From: the human T2T-CHM13v2.0 reference genome, Homo sapiens
Assembly (NCBI RefSeq): GCF_009914755.1
Contig: NC_060925.1
Strand: one strand, 5' to 3'
DNA: 64,000 nucleotides
The notes under the pieces were generated by a model, which saw nothing but the letters and a program-made list of their open reading frames with translations, did no database searches and was not told the origin of the DNA. Below are positions 35,230-49,975 of this stretch, one piece after another. The position numbers and the translations under genes are program-made. Every line of letters begins with the position of its first letter. Within the stretch, counting starts at the first letter, position 1.

Positions 35230-36050
35230 TATCCCAGTCTCCTCCCAGCTGAAAACATAATCCTTAACTACTTTTTCTCCTTCCCAATGCTTTTCTTTGT
35301 ATTTTTAATAACACATATATGTGTCCCATAATTATATGTAGCTTAATTTACTTGTGTTGTAATTTTATTTAAATCACATCAGAATGTTTGCATTCTCTGC
35401 AACTTTTTTTACTTTACATTTTATAAGATGCAGTTCTTGATATATGTAGATGAGGCTCATTTATTTTCATTGCTGTTTTGTATCATAATGCGTAACTCTA
35501 CCACATTGTATTTATTATTTCCCAGGTTGACATACATTTGGGTTGTTTCCAATGCCTTAGTATTATAAACAATTCTATATTCTTGTACATGTCTCCTGGA
35601 ACATATTGCAAGAGGATTTCTATGGTTTATATCTGGAACTGATATCGTTTGAATGTATGATATGTACATGTTCGATTTTACAAAATCATGACACATTGTT
35701 TTTTAAGTTAGTGTTATGAATTACACTCCACCAATAATGTACACGAATTCTTGTTGGTCACATTTTTGTGAATATATAATATTAGCTCATCTTTCAATTT
35801 GATCCCATGCTAGTAAGTGTAAAATGATATCTGTTGTGGTTTAATTTTGGAATTCTATGATTATGTTTATTGGACCTGTGTGGTCTCTTCTATGTAAGCA
35901 CCATTTCTATTTTCTCTTTTTGGGAGTTTCCTGTATTTTGTCATATTGATTTGTACGTTTCCTTTATAAATTCTGAATATTAAGCCCTTGTTGGTTATAT
36001 GTTTTGATGTTGTCTCCTCCTAGGTTATGTTATGTCTGTCTTTTTCCCTT
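35230..36050 (-). mobile_element. Ancient L1ME 3' fragment
   Basis: GTTGACATACATTTGGGTTGTTTCC...TACACTCCACCAATAATGTA antisense L1 3' pattern. Confidence 0.6.
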
Positions 36051-36259
36051 AATATTTAAAAGTTTCTGAAAAAAACATGTGATTATAGTCCTTTTTAGTT
36101 GCCCAAGAATATTTATATTTGATACAATAATACTAGAGGGATGTTATTATTGTAACATTTTATGGCATTTTTAAGGGAGAAAAAGAATCACTCACAAGGC
36201 AAAAGACACAAAGTCAGTCAGCTTTGTTTGTAAAATCCAAATTACCTTCTAGGAAATGC

Positions 36260-36600
36260 TTTTTATTTATTTATTTTTTATGTTATTTATTTATTTATTT
36301 ATTTATTTTTGACAGGGTCTTACTCTGTTGCCCAGGCTGGAGTACAGTGGTGTGATCACAGCTCACTGCAGCCTTGACTTCCCAGGCTGAAGCAATCCTC
36401 TCATCTCAGCCTCTTGAGTAGCTGGACTACAGGCACACACCACAACCACCACCACACTTGGCTAATATTTTAAATTTTGTTGTAGCAACGGGTTCTCCCT
36501 ATATTGTCCAGGCTGGTGTTGAACTCCTGGGCTCAAGCAATCCTCCCACCTCAGCCGTCCAAAATGCTGGGATTATAGGCGTGAGCCACCATGCCTGGCT
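36260..36600 (-). mobile_element. AluJ with (TTTA)n tail
   Basis: GACAGGGTCTTACTCTG and CTCCTGGGCTCAAGCAATCC; TSD ~GAMATGCTTTT. Confidence 0.9.
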
Positions 36601-37182
36601 CAGACATGCTTTTGATAGTGGTTTAGAACACACCATTTTTACAGCACTTCCTTTTAGTATAAATATATCTTCTTGTTTGAAGGCTGGATCCAACTAGTTT
36701 ATTTCTTGGAATATTCAACACATTAACTGAATTTGTTGACTAGATTTTGAATTAAGGTGTCCTTTTGGCACTTCCACAAGTAAAATCAATAATTTTGCAT
36801 GGAACCAAAATACTTTACAAATCAGTGAAATCTATACTTACAGGTATAATACAAAACTCAAACAGCATAATTTTAATGATCACTTTATCTATGTCAGAAC
36901 TATGAAAGTAAGCCCCAAGCTTTATTTTCTGTTTTATAAAATATGGTGAAAACTGGATCATTGTTCATTCCAAGTAACCTCTAAAAGTTCATTATTTAAT
37001 GTAGGATTTCAGTGCAAAATGAATAAAGACTACGTATAAACTAGGTTGACTGATGCAATACAAGGAATCACTTTTTCTTCCAACTTCTGATTTTAATAAA
37101 AAATGGATAAAAGGAGCAATGAAACATCTTTGCATTATGAAAATATTATTTTAAACTGAAAATGTGGAATTGTACATTATAA

Positions 37183-37525
<343 letters not shown>

Positions 37526-38009
37526 TATTATGTATTCTAAATCAAACAAAAAAGTTTGAGAATTCACACAATAGAACAATCTCAGAGTTCACATTTTGTA
37601 ATAAAACTCTATTTTGTGTTTGCAATTGTTTATGTGGCTCCTTCATATGGTCAGCAGCTGGAAGTTACGCAACATCAAAACCATGAAATGTTCTACATAA
37701 TTTCCAATGCTCTCCTTATGCAAAATTGTAACAGTAGCAGAGTTATGAATTTAAGCTGTAGATAAATAGCACATTTTAATGCATTCTGAGAGAAATGCCC
37801 TTAGGGTTCTACAACAATACTAAAAGAACTGAGGTATTCCCATGGGCTCTAAAACTTAATGATGGAAAGTCCACGGGTTGGTGCAAAAACACGTGGAGTG
37901 GAAAGAGGTTGTAGAGAAAAATATGTATTTTTTGCAATAGATCTGAGGTTGTCTCAGTTCTTCCTCTTACTAGCTGTGGAATTTATTTTTGTCTTCAAAG
38001 TGGAACAGT

Positions 38010-38350
38010 TAATGCCAGTCTAGTTTAGATTGCAGTAATAAACAACCCATAAACCTTACAGGCTTAAAAAAAGAAAGTTTGTTTTTCCCTCAGGGTACTT
38101 GTTTGTCATGAGTTGGCTGGGGCTTTCCATACTATCTTCTCACTCTGTGACATAGCTTGATAGAGAAATCATTTTATCAAAAGTTGTAATGAGCTGCAGC
38201 AGAGGGGAAGATGTCCCATAAGTAAATACTTCAGTCCAGAAGTGAAACACGTCATTTCCACTTACAGAGCATTGACCAGCACTCATCATGTGACACCACC
38301 TCAACCTTGGTGGCATGTAAAAAAGCATTCTTACCATGCTTCTGGAAACC
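38010..38350. mobile_element. MLT1-type (ERVL-MaLR) LTR remnant
   Basis: TGCAGTAATAAACAACCC...GGCTTAAAA...CAGAAGTGAAACACGTCATTTCCACTTACAG...CATGTGACACCACC. Confidence 0.6.
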
Positions 38351-39052
38351 AGAGATTCAAAAATCCTGGATGTAGCATGAAAGACTATCAAAGGGTTTTT
38401 GAGAATTTACTAGTAATCTACATAAGTTTTTAGCATAGTGTTTATAAAATATGGTAAATATCTGGAAACATTCTTCATTAAGTGTTTTATTGAGCATACA
38501 ATATTGATATTAGCAAACAAGAGAGATAAACATCACTATGAGGTGAATTTTTTAATGCTTACTTTATAGTTCATGTTATGTTAATTCTCTTTGGTGAATT
38601 TTTTTTTAATGTAGAAAAAAAGTCCTTTTTCATTTTTACATATTCAAAATGGCATTACCATGACTTGTCCTAATTATCCAACTGGCATGAGTTAGAAAGT
38701 TAGTTAGAAATTCAAAAGACTTATGAGTTTACAGACACTGGATATTTCTCAGATTTATTAAATCTGTCAGGAAAACAATGTCATATAACAGTTTTAATAA
38801 ATTATTTGATTGAAGAGTATCAAACAATAAATTTTATCCAATCTTTTAAAGTTTTTTGAAATAACTAGACCCTAAAATTAATTTTCTTTCTCCAGGATAT
38901 GCAATTGTTTGCTGGTGGAGGGGGAGAGTGGCCTCCTCCAGATCCTCTTACTTTATTGTTGGTGGGAGAAACAGAATGACCACAAACATTTTTTGGTTCT
39001 AAAAAGTTCTAAGCCTTCTAGAATGTTCCACACAGCAATAGTATATGTAGTA

Positions 39053-39131
39053 TTGGATTGGTGCAAAAGTAATTGTGGTTTTGCCATTATTTTTAATAGT
39101 AAAACCTGCAATTACCTTTGCACCAACCTAA
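39053..39131. mobile_element. MADE1 (Hsmar1-derived MITE)
   Basis: TTGGATTGGTGCAAAAGTAATTG...CAATTACCTTTGCACCAACCTAA terminal inverted repeats with a TA target duplication. Confidence 0.92.
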
Positions 39132-39789
39132 TATTATAGTTTTTATAATGATCATATATTTTCTGCTATATTTCAAAATTTTTACAAGATTATTAAAAGC
39201 ATTGTTTAATTCCATTCATATTCACTGATTATTTGCCTTGAGGAAAAAAAATCATATGTGCATGTCAGAAAATAAAAGTCTTGCAAGAAGACCTGACAGA
39301 TTGTGTGTTCTACTGTTGACCTCTAGCCAAATGAATAGCTCATAATCGACAAAAGGCAATCAATCATATACTATCTAGAAGGTATTTTGGATATAGGTCT
39401 GTATTATCATAAATCAAATATTATATGCCAATTGAAAGTTAGTAACTTTTCTCATGAATATAATTAATTGGCTTCCTGAAATTACATCCTAAAACTATTT
39501 AAAAAAAACAGAACAAGAGAAAAGTTAACATAACTTTTTAAGACACTTTATTTAGAGCCAAGTAATAGCAGTAGCTTCTTGCTAAGAAAAAGGGATTCTA
39601 CAACCATAACCATATTTGATACTTACATAAATTAGATTTTCTTACCACTCACCTAAACCATACATATCTTTGTAATCTTAAATAAAAACTGTAAACAAAA
39701 AATACTAAAATATTTTACTGAATTTCTTACTTTATAATTCTATACTTTATAGATTAAGAACCTAATAGCAAAAATCCTAGTGAATTTTA

Positions 39790-40250
39790 AGATATATATG
39801 TAATATATGTATACACAGATATATGTAGAATATGTATACACACAGATACATACATATAGTATATCTATACTATATAGTATATATAGTATATATATAGTAT
39901 ATTATATAATATAGTATATTATATAATATACTATATTATATATAATATATAGTATATATATATAATATACTATATTATATATACTATATTATATATAATA
40001 TACTATATATTATATATACTATATTATATATAATATACTATATACTATATTATATATACTATAGTATATATAATATACTATAGTATATATAATATATATT
40101 ATATATAATATATAGTGTATATCTAGTATATAGATATATATATACTATATATAGTATATCTATACTATATATACTATATATAGTATATATATATATATCT
40201 ATATACTAGATATACACTATATATTATATATATAATATATATATATATAT
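39790..40250. repeat. TA-rich low-complexity tract with nested palindromes
   Basis: ~460 bp composed almost entirely of A/T. Confidence 0.95.
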
Positions 40251-41603
40251 TTCCCAGGATCACAGACTGATTCTTAATCCCTCTTGAGAGATGAAGCTGG
40301 GTGATATGAGCTGAGAATAAGTACAGACAGATTGACTCTATGATGGAAACTCTTAACCACCTACTTTATCGTGCTTCTTTAGAAACTAGGAAATCAACAT
40401 GTATCAGGAAGTGAATGAATTTTTGTCATGAAGCAAGTGACTCTCTACTATCCTGAATTTGAAACTTAAGATTTCTTAGCATTTTCTTGTTATAAAACAA
40501 ATTCATACAGATTCATACAGATTCATAGTAATAACAATCTAAACTAAGTTTAAAAAGAAAGCCAATAACCCATAGCTAACATCATACTTAATAGTGAAAG
40601 AGTGAATGCATCACTTCCAAAACCAAGAGTGAGGCAAGGATGTCAGCTCGCATCACTCTTATTTAACCTAGTTCTAGAATTCCTAGGCAGTTAATGAAGA
40701 AAAAAATAAAAAGGAAATAAAAGGTATTCCAATAAGAAAGGAAATAATAAAACGTTCCCTATTTGCAGAAGACATTGTAGTCTACATAGAAAATTCCAAG
40801 GAATCTTCAAAGAAACAAAACACAAGCAAATATCTCTTAGAACTAATAATGAGTTTAGTAAGGCCACATGAAACAAGATTAATATTAAAAAATCAATCAT
40901 ATTTCTATATAATAAAAATAAACATGGGGAAACCAAAATTGAAAACAATTTATTTTATAATTACTCAAAAAATGAAATAGATATTACATCTAACAAAACA
41001 CGTGCAGTATTTGTGTGCTGAAAATTACAAAACACTGACAAAAGAAAGCAAAGAAGATATAACTATATAAAGAGATATATGGTTTTATGATTTAGAAAAG
41101 ACAATACAATAAAGATGTTGATACTTACCCCAAATTAACTTATATGTATAATGCAGCTTCTTTCAAAATCTGAACGATGTGTTTTGTAGATATTAATAAG
41201 CTTATTCTAATATTTCTATGCAAAGACAAGAGAACTAGAACAGCTAAAGCAATTTTGAAAAAAAAAAAAAAAACGAACAAAGTAGTATGGATCTCTACTC
41301 AACTTTAAAGTTTACTATATGGCTACAGAAATCAGACAGAGTGGCACTAAAAAAAAATATATACATAGACCAATAGAGCTGAATACAGGAAATAGAAATA
41401 GACACACAGAAATACAAATTTTAAGAGTTCTTAAACATTATACCAGAAGCACAGGTCATAAAAGAAAATGATTGATAAATTAAACTTAAAATGAAAAGAT
41501 CACATTAAAAAGATAAAAAATACAAGCTAGCATTAGAGAACATATTTTCAAACCATATATCTGAAAAACAGCTTCATATCAGGTATAAGGACCTTTTAAA
41601 ATG

Positions 41604-41604
<1 letters not shown>

Positions 41605-41639
<35 letters not shown>
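41605..41639. repeat. (CA)n microsatellite
   Basis: About 17 CA units. Confidence 0.95.
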
Positions 41640-41641
<2 letters not shown>

Positions 41642-41771
41642 CAATTAGAAAATGGGCAAAAGATATTTAACTAACATTTCACCAAAGAGAACATATAGAT
41701 AGCAATAAGCACATAAAAAACGTTCAACAACATGTACCATTAGGTTAAAGCAAATTAAAACCACAATGAGA

Positions 41772-41960
41772 ATGATGGGGAGGAGGGGGGAGGGATAGCA
41801 TTAGGAGATATACCTAATGCTAAACCATGAGTTAATCGGTGCAGCACACCAACATGGCACATGTATACATATGTAACAAACCTGCACATTGTGCACATGC
41901 ACCCTAAAACTTGAAGTATAATAATAAAAAAAAATCCAAAAAAAGAGTTAAAAAAAAACC
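41772..41960 (+). mobile_element. Very short 5'-truncated L1PA3/4-like insertion with 13-bp TSD AACCACAATGAGA
   Basis: G-rich 3'UTR, GGAGATATACCTAATGCTAAA, A tail. TSD at 41759-41771 and 41961-41973. Confidence 0.92.
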
Positions 41961-42121
41961 AACCACAATGAGATATTACAACACAAATATTAGATTAGTT
42001 AAGAAAAAACTTGTGACAATACCGAATCTGGTGAGAATATGGAAAAACCGAATTACTCAGAAATTGCTGGTGGGAATATAAATGGCACAGCCACACTGGA
42101 AAATAACTTGGGAATTTTCAT

Positions 42122-42262
42122 TTCCTTTTTTTTTTTCTTTCTTTCTTTTTTTAGGAGGTAGGGTCTTGCTATGTTTTCTATGCTAAACTCAAACTATTGG
42201 GCTCAAGTGATCTTCTCACATTTCCAATGGCTGACCATACAGGTTCATTCCAGAGCCTAGCT
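42122..42262 (-). mobile_element. FLAM-type Alu monomer
   Basis: T tail then AGGGTCTTGCTATGTT...GGGCTCAAGTGATCTTC; flanked by TTGG(G/A)AATTTT. Confidence 0.7.
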
Positions 42263-45085
42263 TTGGAAATTTTCTTGAAAAACTATATACTGATGATGCA
42301 TCCCAACAGTCCCATTCCTAGACATTTGTCCCAGAGCAATGAAACTTATATCTGCACCAAAATGTACACACAAGCACTTATAGCAGTTTTAGTTGAAATA
42401 ACCCAAAATTGCAAATAACCCTAATATCTTTCAAACTGTGGTGCACCCATGCCATGGAATACTACTCAGTAATAAAAATAAAAATGAATGAACGATTAAC
42501 ATACTCAGAAAACATAGATGAATCTTAAGGAAATTATTTTGAGGAAAAGTGTCAACTTCAACACATTATATACTGTATGATTTAACTTACATAGCATTTT
42601 CAAAATAATAAAACTGTAAGGAAGACAATCAGATTAGTGTCGAAAGAGGGGAAGAAGGGCTGTAATTCTGAAAAGGTAGTTTGAGGGAAATTTTTGTGGC
42701 AACTAAATAGGTTCATATTTTAATATTAGTGGTAGTTACATAATTCTACATATTTAATTGACGTGTATAAAACTATACATATGAAAAAAATAGAGTGCAT
42801 GTAAAACTGATAAAATCTGAATAAGGTCTGAGTATTGTACCAATGAAAATTTTTTCTGGTTTTAGTACTGTATTGCAGTTAGGTTAGATATTACCATTTG
42901 GGGAAATGTGAAGGGTACGTGGGACTTCTCTTCTATTTTTGGATCTTCCATTGAATTTATAATTATTTTAAAAGAAAAACAAAAAAAAAACCACTAATGA
43001 GAAAAAAATTTACAAGTACTAGTACCAAGACAAACTCAATAAGGCCAAGATAGAAGTATACAAGACTCATGCCAGACAGTGTAGGCTGGCTAGAGGTGAA
43101 TAGGGAATGTGACTCCAGGATACTTTGATACCAATGCAAAGAGAATAATATGAATAAGTATAATGCTTATAGCATCATAAGGTTAAATAAGCTATGTAAA
43201 CAAAATAACAATTCTGAGGCTAGACATAAATTTGTTCTCTTGAAAAAGAAGTCAGATCTACAGTGTACATTCAGTAATAAACGTAATATCAACTCAGCAA
43301 ATATAAGAAACTTCAAATAAGTATTCATTTGGAGTGTTATTCTTAATAATGATACTTACTATACAAAAAGCATATATTTAATTTCCTTTAGATGTTCTTA
43401 TATTTCACAAAGGGTTTATGAATAAATTGTCTCATTAATCCTATTAAAATTTGCAAGATGCCTTTAGAATGCACACTGCAGAGGAAATCCGGGTTCCTAC
43501 ATTTAGTAAATGGAAAAAATAGTAACCCATATTTTCTGGCCCTAACTTCACTACCCTTCTATTATATCTGGCTCCTAAAGGCATTCCATAGCTTTGCAAT
43601 GAATATTTTCATTGTAATAAAAGTGAAATTATTCACAGTAAATACTTGCAATGAATAATTTGCAATTCTTTACAATGAATATTTTTACTTTTACACATTC
43701 TTTGGGTTTGACCTGTAATGTTTAGTTTGCAAAAATATTAACTCTACACAGAAAAAGCGTTATCTTTAATTCTTTAATGGAACCTAGAGTGAATTACTTT
43801 GTAACCAAAGAATGCTCACATATGAGAAACTTTATACATTTGTACATCTGCATCTGCATTTTTAAATCCCCAATAGTCCCAGGGTATAGTGTAACATTTT
43901 ATTTTATGCAAGTAAAACAATTTCTATAAAGCATAAAATTGAGCAACTTATCTTATTCTGCTTAAATGAATGCATATGAGGGAACAACAGGTGTGATCAT
44001 AGCCAGTCACACCAAGGCAGAGAAAAAACATGAGTAAAATATTTAGAAAAATGTTATCAATTCTAAAGCTATTCTTGTCACGTTATATCAAATTAATGTA
44101 GATAACAGAATATATTATATGAAGCCAATTAATTATTCATTAAAATATGGAATGAGTTAAATCGATGAGACATATTTTTGCATGAATAACAGAAAGGAAA
44201 ATACAGTGGCCAAGAAAATGCTCTTCCTTAGATTAGTTACTTCCCCTCGGTTGCTCTGTTTGAGTTCCTGCATGACAGTTGACATTTTTTATCTTCACAC
44301 ATTACAGTCTTAAACCTATCCCCTTTGAGAGGGTTTAGCAGAGTCGAACGTCACTGTTACAAAATAAGGAGATAATTGTTCTTCAACTATGGTTTGGATA
44401 AATGTCAAGGCAACCTATCGCCAACCTTAAAAACTCGAATGCAGGACATCTTCAAAAAGGTCCACTCACAGGGTATAAAAAGACCATCTGCAGCATTTGA
44501 TGAGTAAAAGAATATTTTAGCCTGAAGAATTCTTTTTCTATTTATACATTCCACAGTATGAATTTAATTAAGATGTAAAAATGCAATGACTCTTAAAATT
44601 TCAAGATTCACTAAGCCCAAAGAATTGTAAATGCATCACTATGTGAATGTTTTATTTGTTTTAATCCCCAGGCCATTCTGCTGCTCTCCAAATGACTAGT
44701 TAATGAATGTCACCAAACATATGCATTCACAGTTTATCTGTATATAACAATGATCTAGTTCATAACAGAACCAAGAACTGAAAATGATTCAAACATTTAA
44801 AATAAATAACAAAGGAGAATTACAAAGTAGAGCTGGTGGATAAAGATTACTAGCCGAGATTCAGGCCACAGAAGTTAAGGTCACTCATACATTCTTCAGT
44901 TTATGGAAAGCAGGATTAGTAGCTTGAGAACATGGAGAAAAAAATATCTGGGTTTGTGTCACTGACATTTTCTTGCCATAAACATGGATTGTTCATCTTG
45001 CATCTCCAATTCTCAATTTCCTCATCTATAAAAGCAGATAGTAAATAAGATTACTTTTGTAGTCGTGCCATGAGATTTATTGGCG

Positions 45086-45122
<37 letters not shown>

Positions 45123-45739
45123 TATATACATATATACACAGAGTTTTATAAAATACCTACCACAAAATAATTAACTACTCAGTAAATCTTAGCTATTTTG
45201 AATCCTGCATACTTCCCAGGAAAATAGGGAAATATGATTCCCTATAGAAAATGAATACCCTCTGGTTAGTCCATCCCTGTTGACAAGCACTTAATCAGAT
45301 GACTTTTGGGAAAAAATAATTGAGGAGGAGAAAGCATTGATAATTTTATTCAGCAACTAACCTGTTCATATGCAAACTCAAGTTTATTCTTTCCAAAATG
45401 TATGTTTATGGTTATACAGCTACAGCATCAATTTTTTTTTTCCTGTAAATAGGTGGTCAATGGGTGCAACTGAACATAGTATAAGGAGTTAATGTTGACT
45501 TTGCTAGACAATAAAAATCATTTGAGGCCTAGTCATATTGTGAAAATTGGTGCATGTTTTTGAAGAAAATTTGAAGTGCATAAAGAAGGTAACTGGATTC
45601 ATTCAATGTAGTTTGTGGCCTGCTATTTTTTGTTAACTTGACATTTTTTTTTTCAATGAGTATTTGCCCATGTCATTAAATTATCAACCAAATTTTGATT
45701 TTTATGGCTGCATAATTGATATAATGAATTCTAAAACTA

Positions 45740-45900
45740 TTTACAAGTTGCTTAGCCTCTTTGAATCTTAGTTTCCTTGTCTGCAGCATAGTGATGATAG
45801 AAATAGCTACCCCAAAGACTTATTGTGAAGACTAAATGAAGCAATGCTGGTGAAAAAGCAGTTGGTGAGCTGGAATGCACTATACAAATGTTAGTTATTA
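45740..45900 (+). mobile_element. MIR
   Basis: CAAGTTGCTTAGCCTCTTTGAATCTTAGTTTCCTTGTCTG...TTGTGAAGACTAAATGA. Confidence 0.7.
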
Positions 45901-46155
45901 ATTCTGGTAAACCAGTAAGAAGAAGGGGGAAAAAAGTGACACGTTGGATGGCAAAAAATAAATTAAAAAAAACTTTGCCATTTGCTATTTTATATCTTTA
46001 TGACACATTAATACTTCAAAAGAACTGAGCTGCATAATTTTTTTTCCTCATGAGTTGATTTTATTTCCATAGAATTAGAGCAAACCCTCCAAAAAAGATG
46101 GAAGTTAGAGAAAAGTCACAGGATACAAATAGGCAAAGAGTAAGAAAGAAATTGA

Positions 46156-46455
<300 letters not shown>

Positions 46456-48393
46456 AAGAAAGAAATTGAAAGATTTACTTCAAAGTGTGTCTCTTTTATG
46501 AGAATTAAAACAATATTAAATTAGATTTATTGAAAAATTTAAAAATATTTAGACTTATAGTTAATTTCTTTAATGCTTTTGAGTTGTATTTTGCTTTAGA
46601 GAGCATAAAAAAGCAAGAGCTAGCTTTCTTCCTACTCTTACTCCTGAATTTCTTTGTCTTTTTTTAAATTCAGTGTTGAAAAATATTTATATTTATTTGG
46701 GGGGAATTATTTTCTAAATATTCTTCTAAAAAAGAGTCCGTTATTCAAAAAAAAACTCTTCATATTTCCTGTTATAGTAAATTATAGAAAGAAAACACAA
46801 GGATGGTTTTTGGCCGACTACTTCTTGGGGGGTTATGCTTCAAAATGTTGAAATATGTGAGTGCCACACACCCAGTTTTATTGATGTGTATCACTATCTG
46901 CTTTATCCTGGTAAATTACTATATGATTAAAAACAATCCTTTCTACCAAAAGCTAATCATATGTATGTACTGAATTGAATAATAGAAGACCCGAGTTTTA
47001 GGCACAATTCTGCTACTAATCTGGCCAATAATTAATATGGCAAGCTACTTAATCTTCTCAGCATCGGTTTCTTTTTTTTTTTTTTTTTTTTGATAAATTA
47101 GATGATGGTTCACTCTGACATTTTTCTAAATATCATAAAAATACTTTTTCTAATTGTACAATATATAATCCTATATTATATTATTTAAGTATAGCAGGTA
47201 TTTGCTTATAAAGCAAGTCAGATTCCTTCCCATGTATACAAGGCTGTTTTGCCGTACTCTAATTTAAAACAGATTTTATAACAAGGTCTTTCTTCCCTCT
47301 CTCTCTTTCTCCACCTCAAGTATACATCATTTTTTTTTGTTGTGATTTATGTCATCCTCTTGAACTGTTCTAAATCTTGCCTGTGTTTCTTTCATCACCC
47401 TTCTTTCTTTTTTCAATAATTCTTTTTAAAAAATAGAAAATATATTAAAATTATAAGCTAGAATTAGCTTCATTGACTAAAATTGCATTTTTTCTCATGA
47501 TGACTACTTTTATAAACCCTACATTTCTCTGTAGATCTCAAAAGAGATCTCAAGATATTCCTATAAATTTTATCATGGTGAAAAATAAAAAAGTAAAGTT
47601 TTTCCCACTTTTCTGAATATTTTAGAAGAGAAAATTAAAGGATAACATATCAACAGAGAAAACGATGTTCTGAACATCACATCATTTACATTTCATTAGG
47701 GGAAATACGACTTACAGAAGGAAAATGCTTAGCAAACAATAAAATCCCACACACAGTTGATGAGTCAATAAATATTTATAGAGTGGCTAATAGGTAGCTA
47801 ACCAACGGCTCAACTGTGTGGTCCAGATGACGACTGTAGGAGTTTAGAGCAGATAAAACCCATGTGATCCACTATGCTTCCAAAGATTTTTGTTTTAAAC
47901 ATTATGAGCTCCTGTGAAGAATGTTTGGTATGTTGGCCAGGGATCAAATCAGTCAACTGCTTTGAAGAGAGCTATGCCTCCAAAATGGATTCTGTAATAA
48001 AGACAGTGAACCCAGGATGGAGCAAAAATAGAGATAATGAGGCTAATTAAATGAGACCTCACTTACTGTCGGAATGAGTACTTGCACACTAAGAACTTTC
48101 CTAAGGAGAAAAATGCGAGCCTGTTTGATTTAAAAAGCATCGGAAGAAGCATAGCATTTGAGCATTTGAGCTCAGCTTTAATAACTTCTTCAGAGATACA
48201 AATCACTATGATAATTTAGTTTTACAACATTCTTTTGTATCTATTTCAAAATATTTTAATTAATATATTTATTATATATGCTTAAATTAAATGTGTTGTA
48301 GTTATTTTTTGGACAATGACACCCTTAAAATAACTATGAGAGTTGAGATTTGGCCCACCCATTGTTTTATTTGTAGCTCTTGGCAATTGGTGG

Positions 48394-48396
<3 letters not shown>

Positions 48397-48424
<28 letters not shown>
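48397..48424. repeat. (CA)n microsatellite
   Basis: About 14 CA units after GCG. Confidence 0.95.
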
Positions 48425-48426
<2 letters not shown>

Positions 48427-49155
48427 GCTACTTCTGGGGTGGTAATAGAATGAATTAATCTTGGAGTGCTTTAGAATTCATTTTAGCCGTAACAGATTTG
48501 TTGAGTGCTGTTGAAGAAGCAATCGCTGATTTTCTATTTCAATCACTGAGTGGAAAATTGCTCCCATTGTTCTTATTCCTTATCCTTCAAGGTTATTTGT
48601 GCTGTACAAAAAATAGCAGTAGCAACATTTATACAGACCAAGAGATTCCTTAAGGATCCATCTTCTACCCTCTGATTCAAAACTTCCTCCCCCTACCTGT
48701 ATCTTCTTGTTTCTATCCAGGGTCCTTATGCATGAATTCTTCTCTTTCTTTCTCTTGAAGTTGAAAAATAACTTTGATATTCATTTCAGATGTTGGTTTT
48801 GGTTTTACTTCTGAATATTGTACCTTGGATCAACCATTTTGTTGACCTGTATTATGGCACCAGGCAAAACCAGTTAAGCACCTCTTCCCCACCCGCACTC
48901 CCTCCATAGCCCAAGAAAAGACAGCTCAGGACTTCAGCTTGTGTAAAATAACAGAGAGAATCTGACAGGTGTGTTCCAGGACTGCGATTTACCTAGGAAT
49001 GCCCCATAGACCCTGAAGGGGAGAAGAAAAAACTCTTTCCCTTTTATTCCTGTGATCTAACAGCTATATATAGTCTCCAAAGAAGTGTTCCCAAATAGTA
49101 ATGTTGTAGCACGTCCCCATTTAAATATATATATAAAATATACATATTTATACAA

Positions 49156-49975
49156 ATATGTATTTATATATAATTATATACACTATATAATATGTATTTA
49201 TATATAATTATATACACTATATATGTATTTATATATAATTATATACACTATATAATATGTATTTATATATAATTATATACACTATATAATATGTATTTAT
49301 ATATAATTGTATACACTATATAATGTATATTTATATATAATTGTATACACTATATAATGTATATTTATATATAATTGTATACACTATATAATGTATATTT
49401 ATGTATAATTGTATACACTATATAATGTATATTTATGTATAATTGTATACACCATATAATGTATATTTATGTATAATTGTATATACCATATAATGTATAT
49501 TTATGTATAATTGTATATACCATATAATGTATATTCATGTATAATTATATATACCATATAATGTATATTCATGTATAATTATATATACCATATAATGTAT
49601 ATTCATGTATAATTATATATACCATATAATGTATATTCATGTATAATTATATATACCATATAATGTATATTCATGTATAATTATATATACCATATAATGT
49701 ATATTCATGTATAATTATATATACCATATAATGTATATTCATGTATAATTATATATACCATATAATGTATATTCATGTATAATTATATATGCCATATAAT
49801 GTATATTCATGTATAATTATATATGCCATATAATGTATATTCATGTATAATTATATATACCATATAATGTATATTCATGTATATTTATATATACCATATA
49901 ATGTATATTCATGTATAATTATATATACCATATAATGTATATTTATATATAATTATATATACCATATAATATATA
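49156..49975. repeat. AT-rich 34-bp minisatellite (VNTR), ~24 units
   Basis: Main unit ATATAATGTATATTCATGTATAATTATATATACC; period 34 verified (49561 to 49595). Confidence 0.95.

Larger units (their letters stand above)
40560..42990 (+). mobile_element. Ancient L1M (L1MD/ME-like) ORF2 plus 3' end, carrying younger insertions
   Basis: AACCCATAGCTAACATCATACTTAATAGTGAAAG, GGCAAGGATGTC, TTGCAGAAGACATTG; 3' end GTGCATGTAAAACTGATAAAATCTGAATAAGG. Confidence 0.8.

Noticed and set aside
41776-41795. G-quadruplex-like GGGGAGGAGGGGGGAGGG
   Set aside because: This is the standard G-rich tract of the L1PA 3'UTR.
44308-44340. TAAACC...GGTTTA hairpin as an RNA gene or terminator
   Set aside because: The stem is only ~6 bp and there are no tRNA, snoRNA or miRNA hallmarks.
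49156-49975. 34-bp periodic array as a CRISPR array
   Set aside because: Head-to-tail units with no spacers, no cas genes and a primate context; it is a minisatellite.
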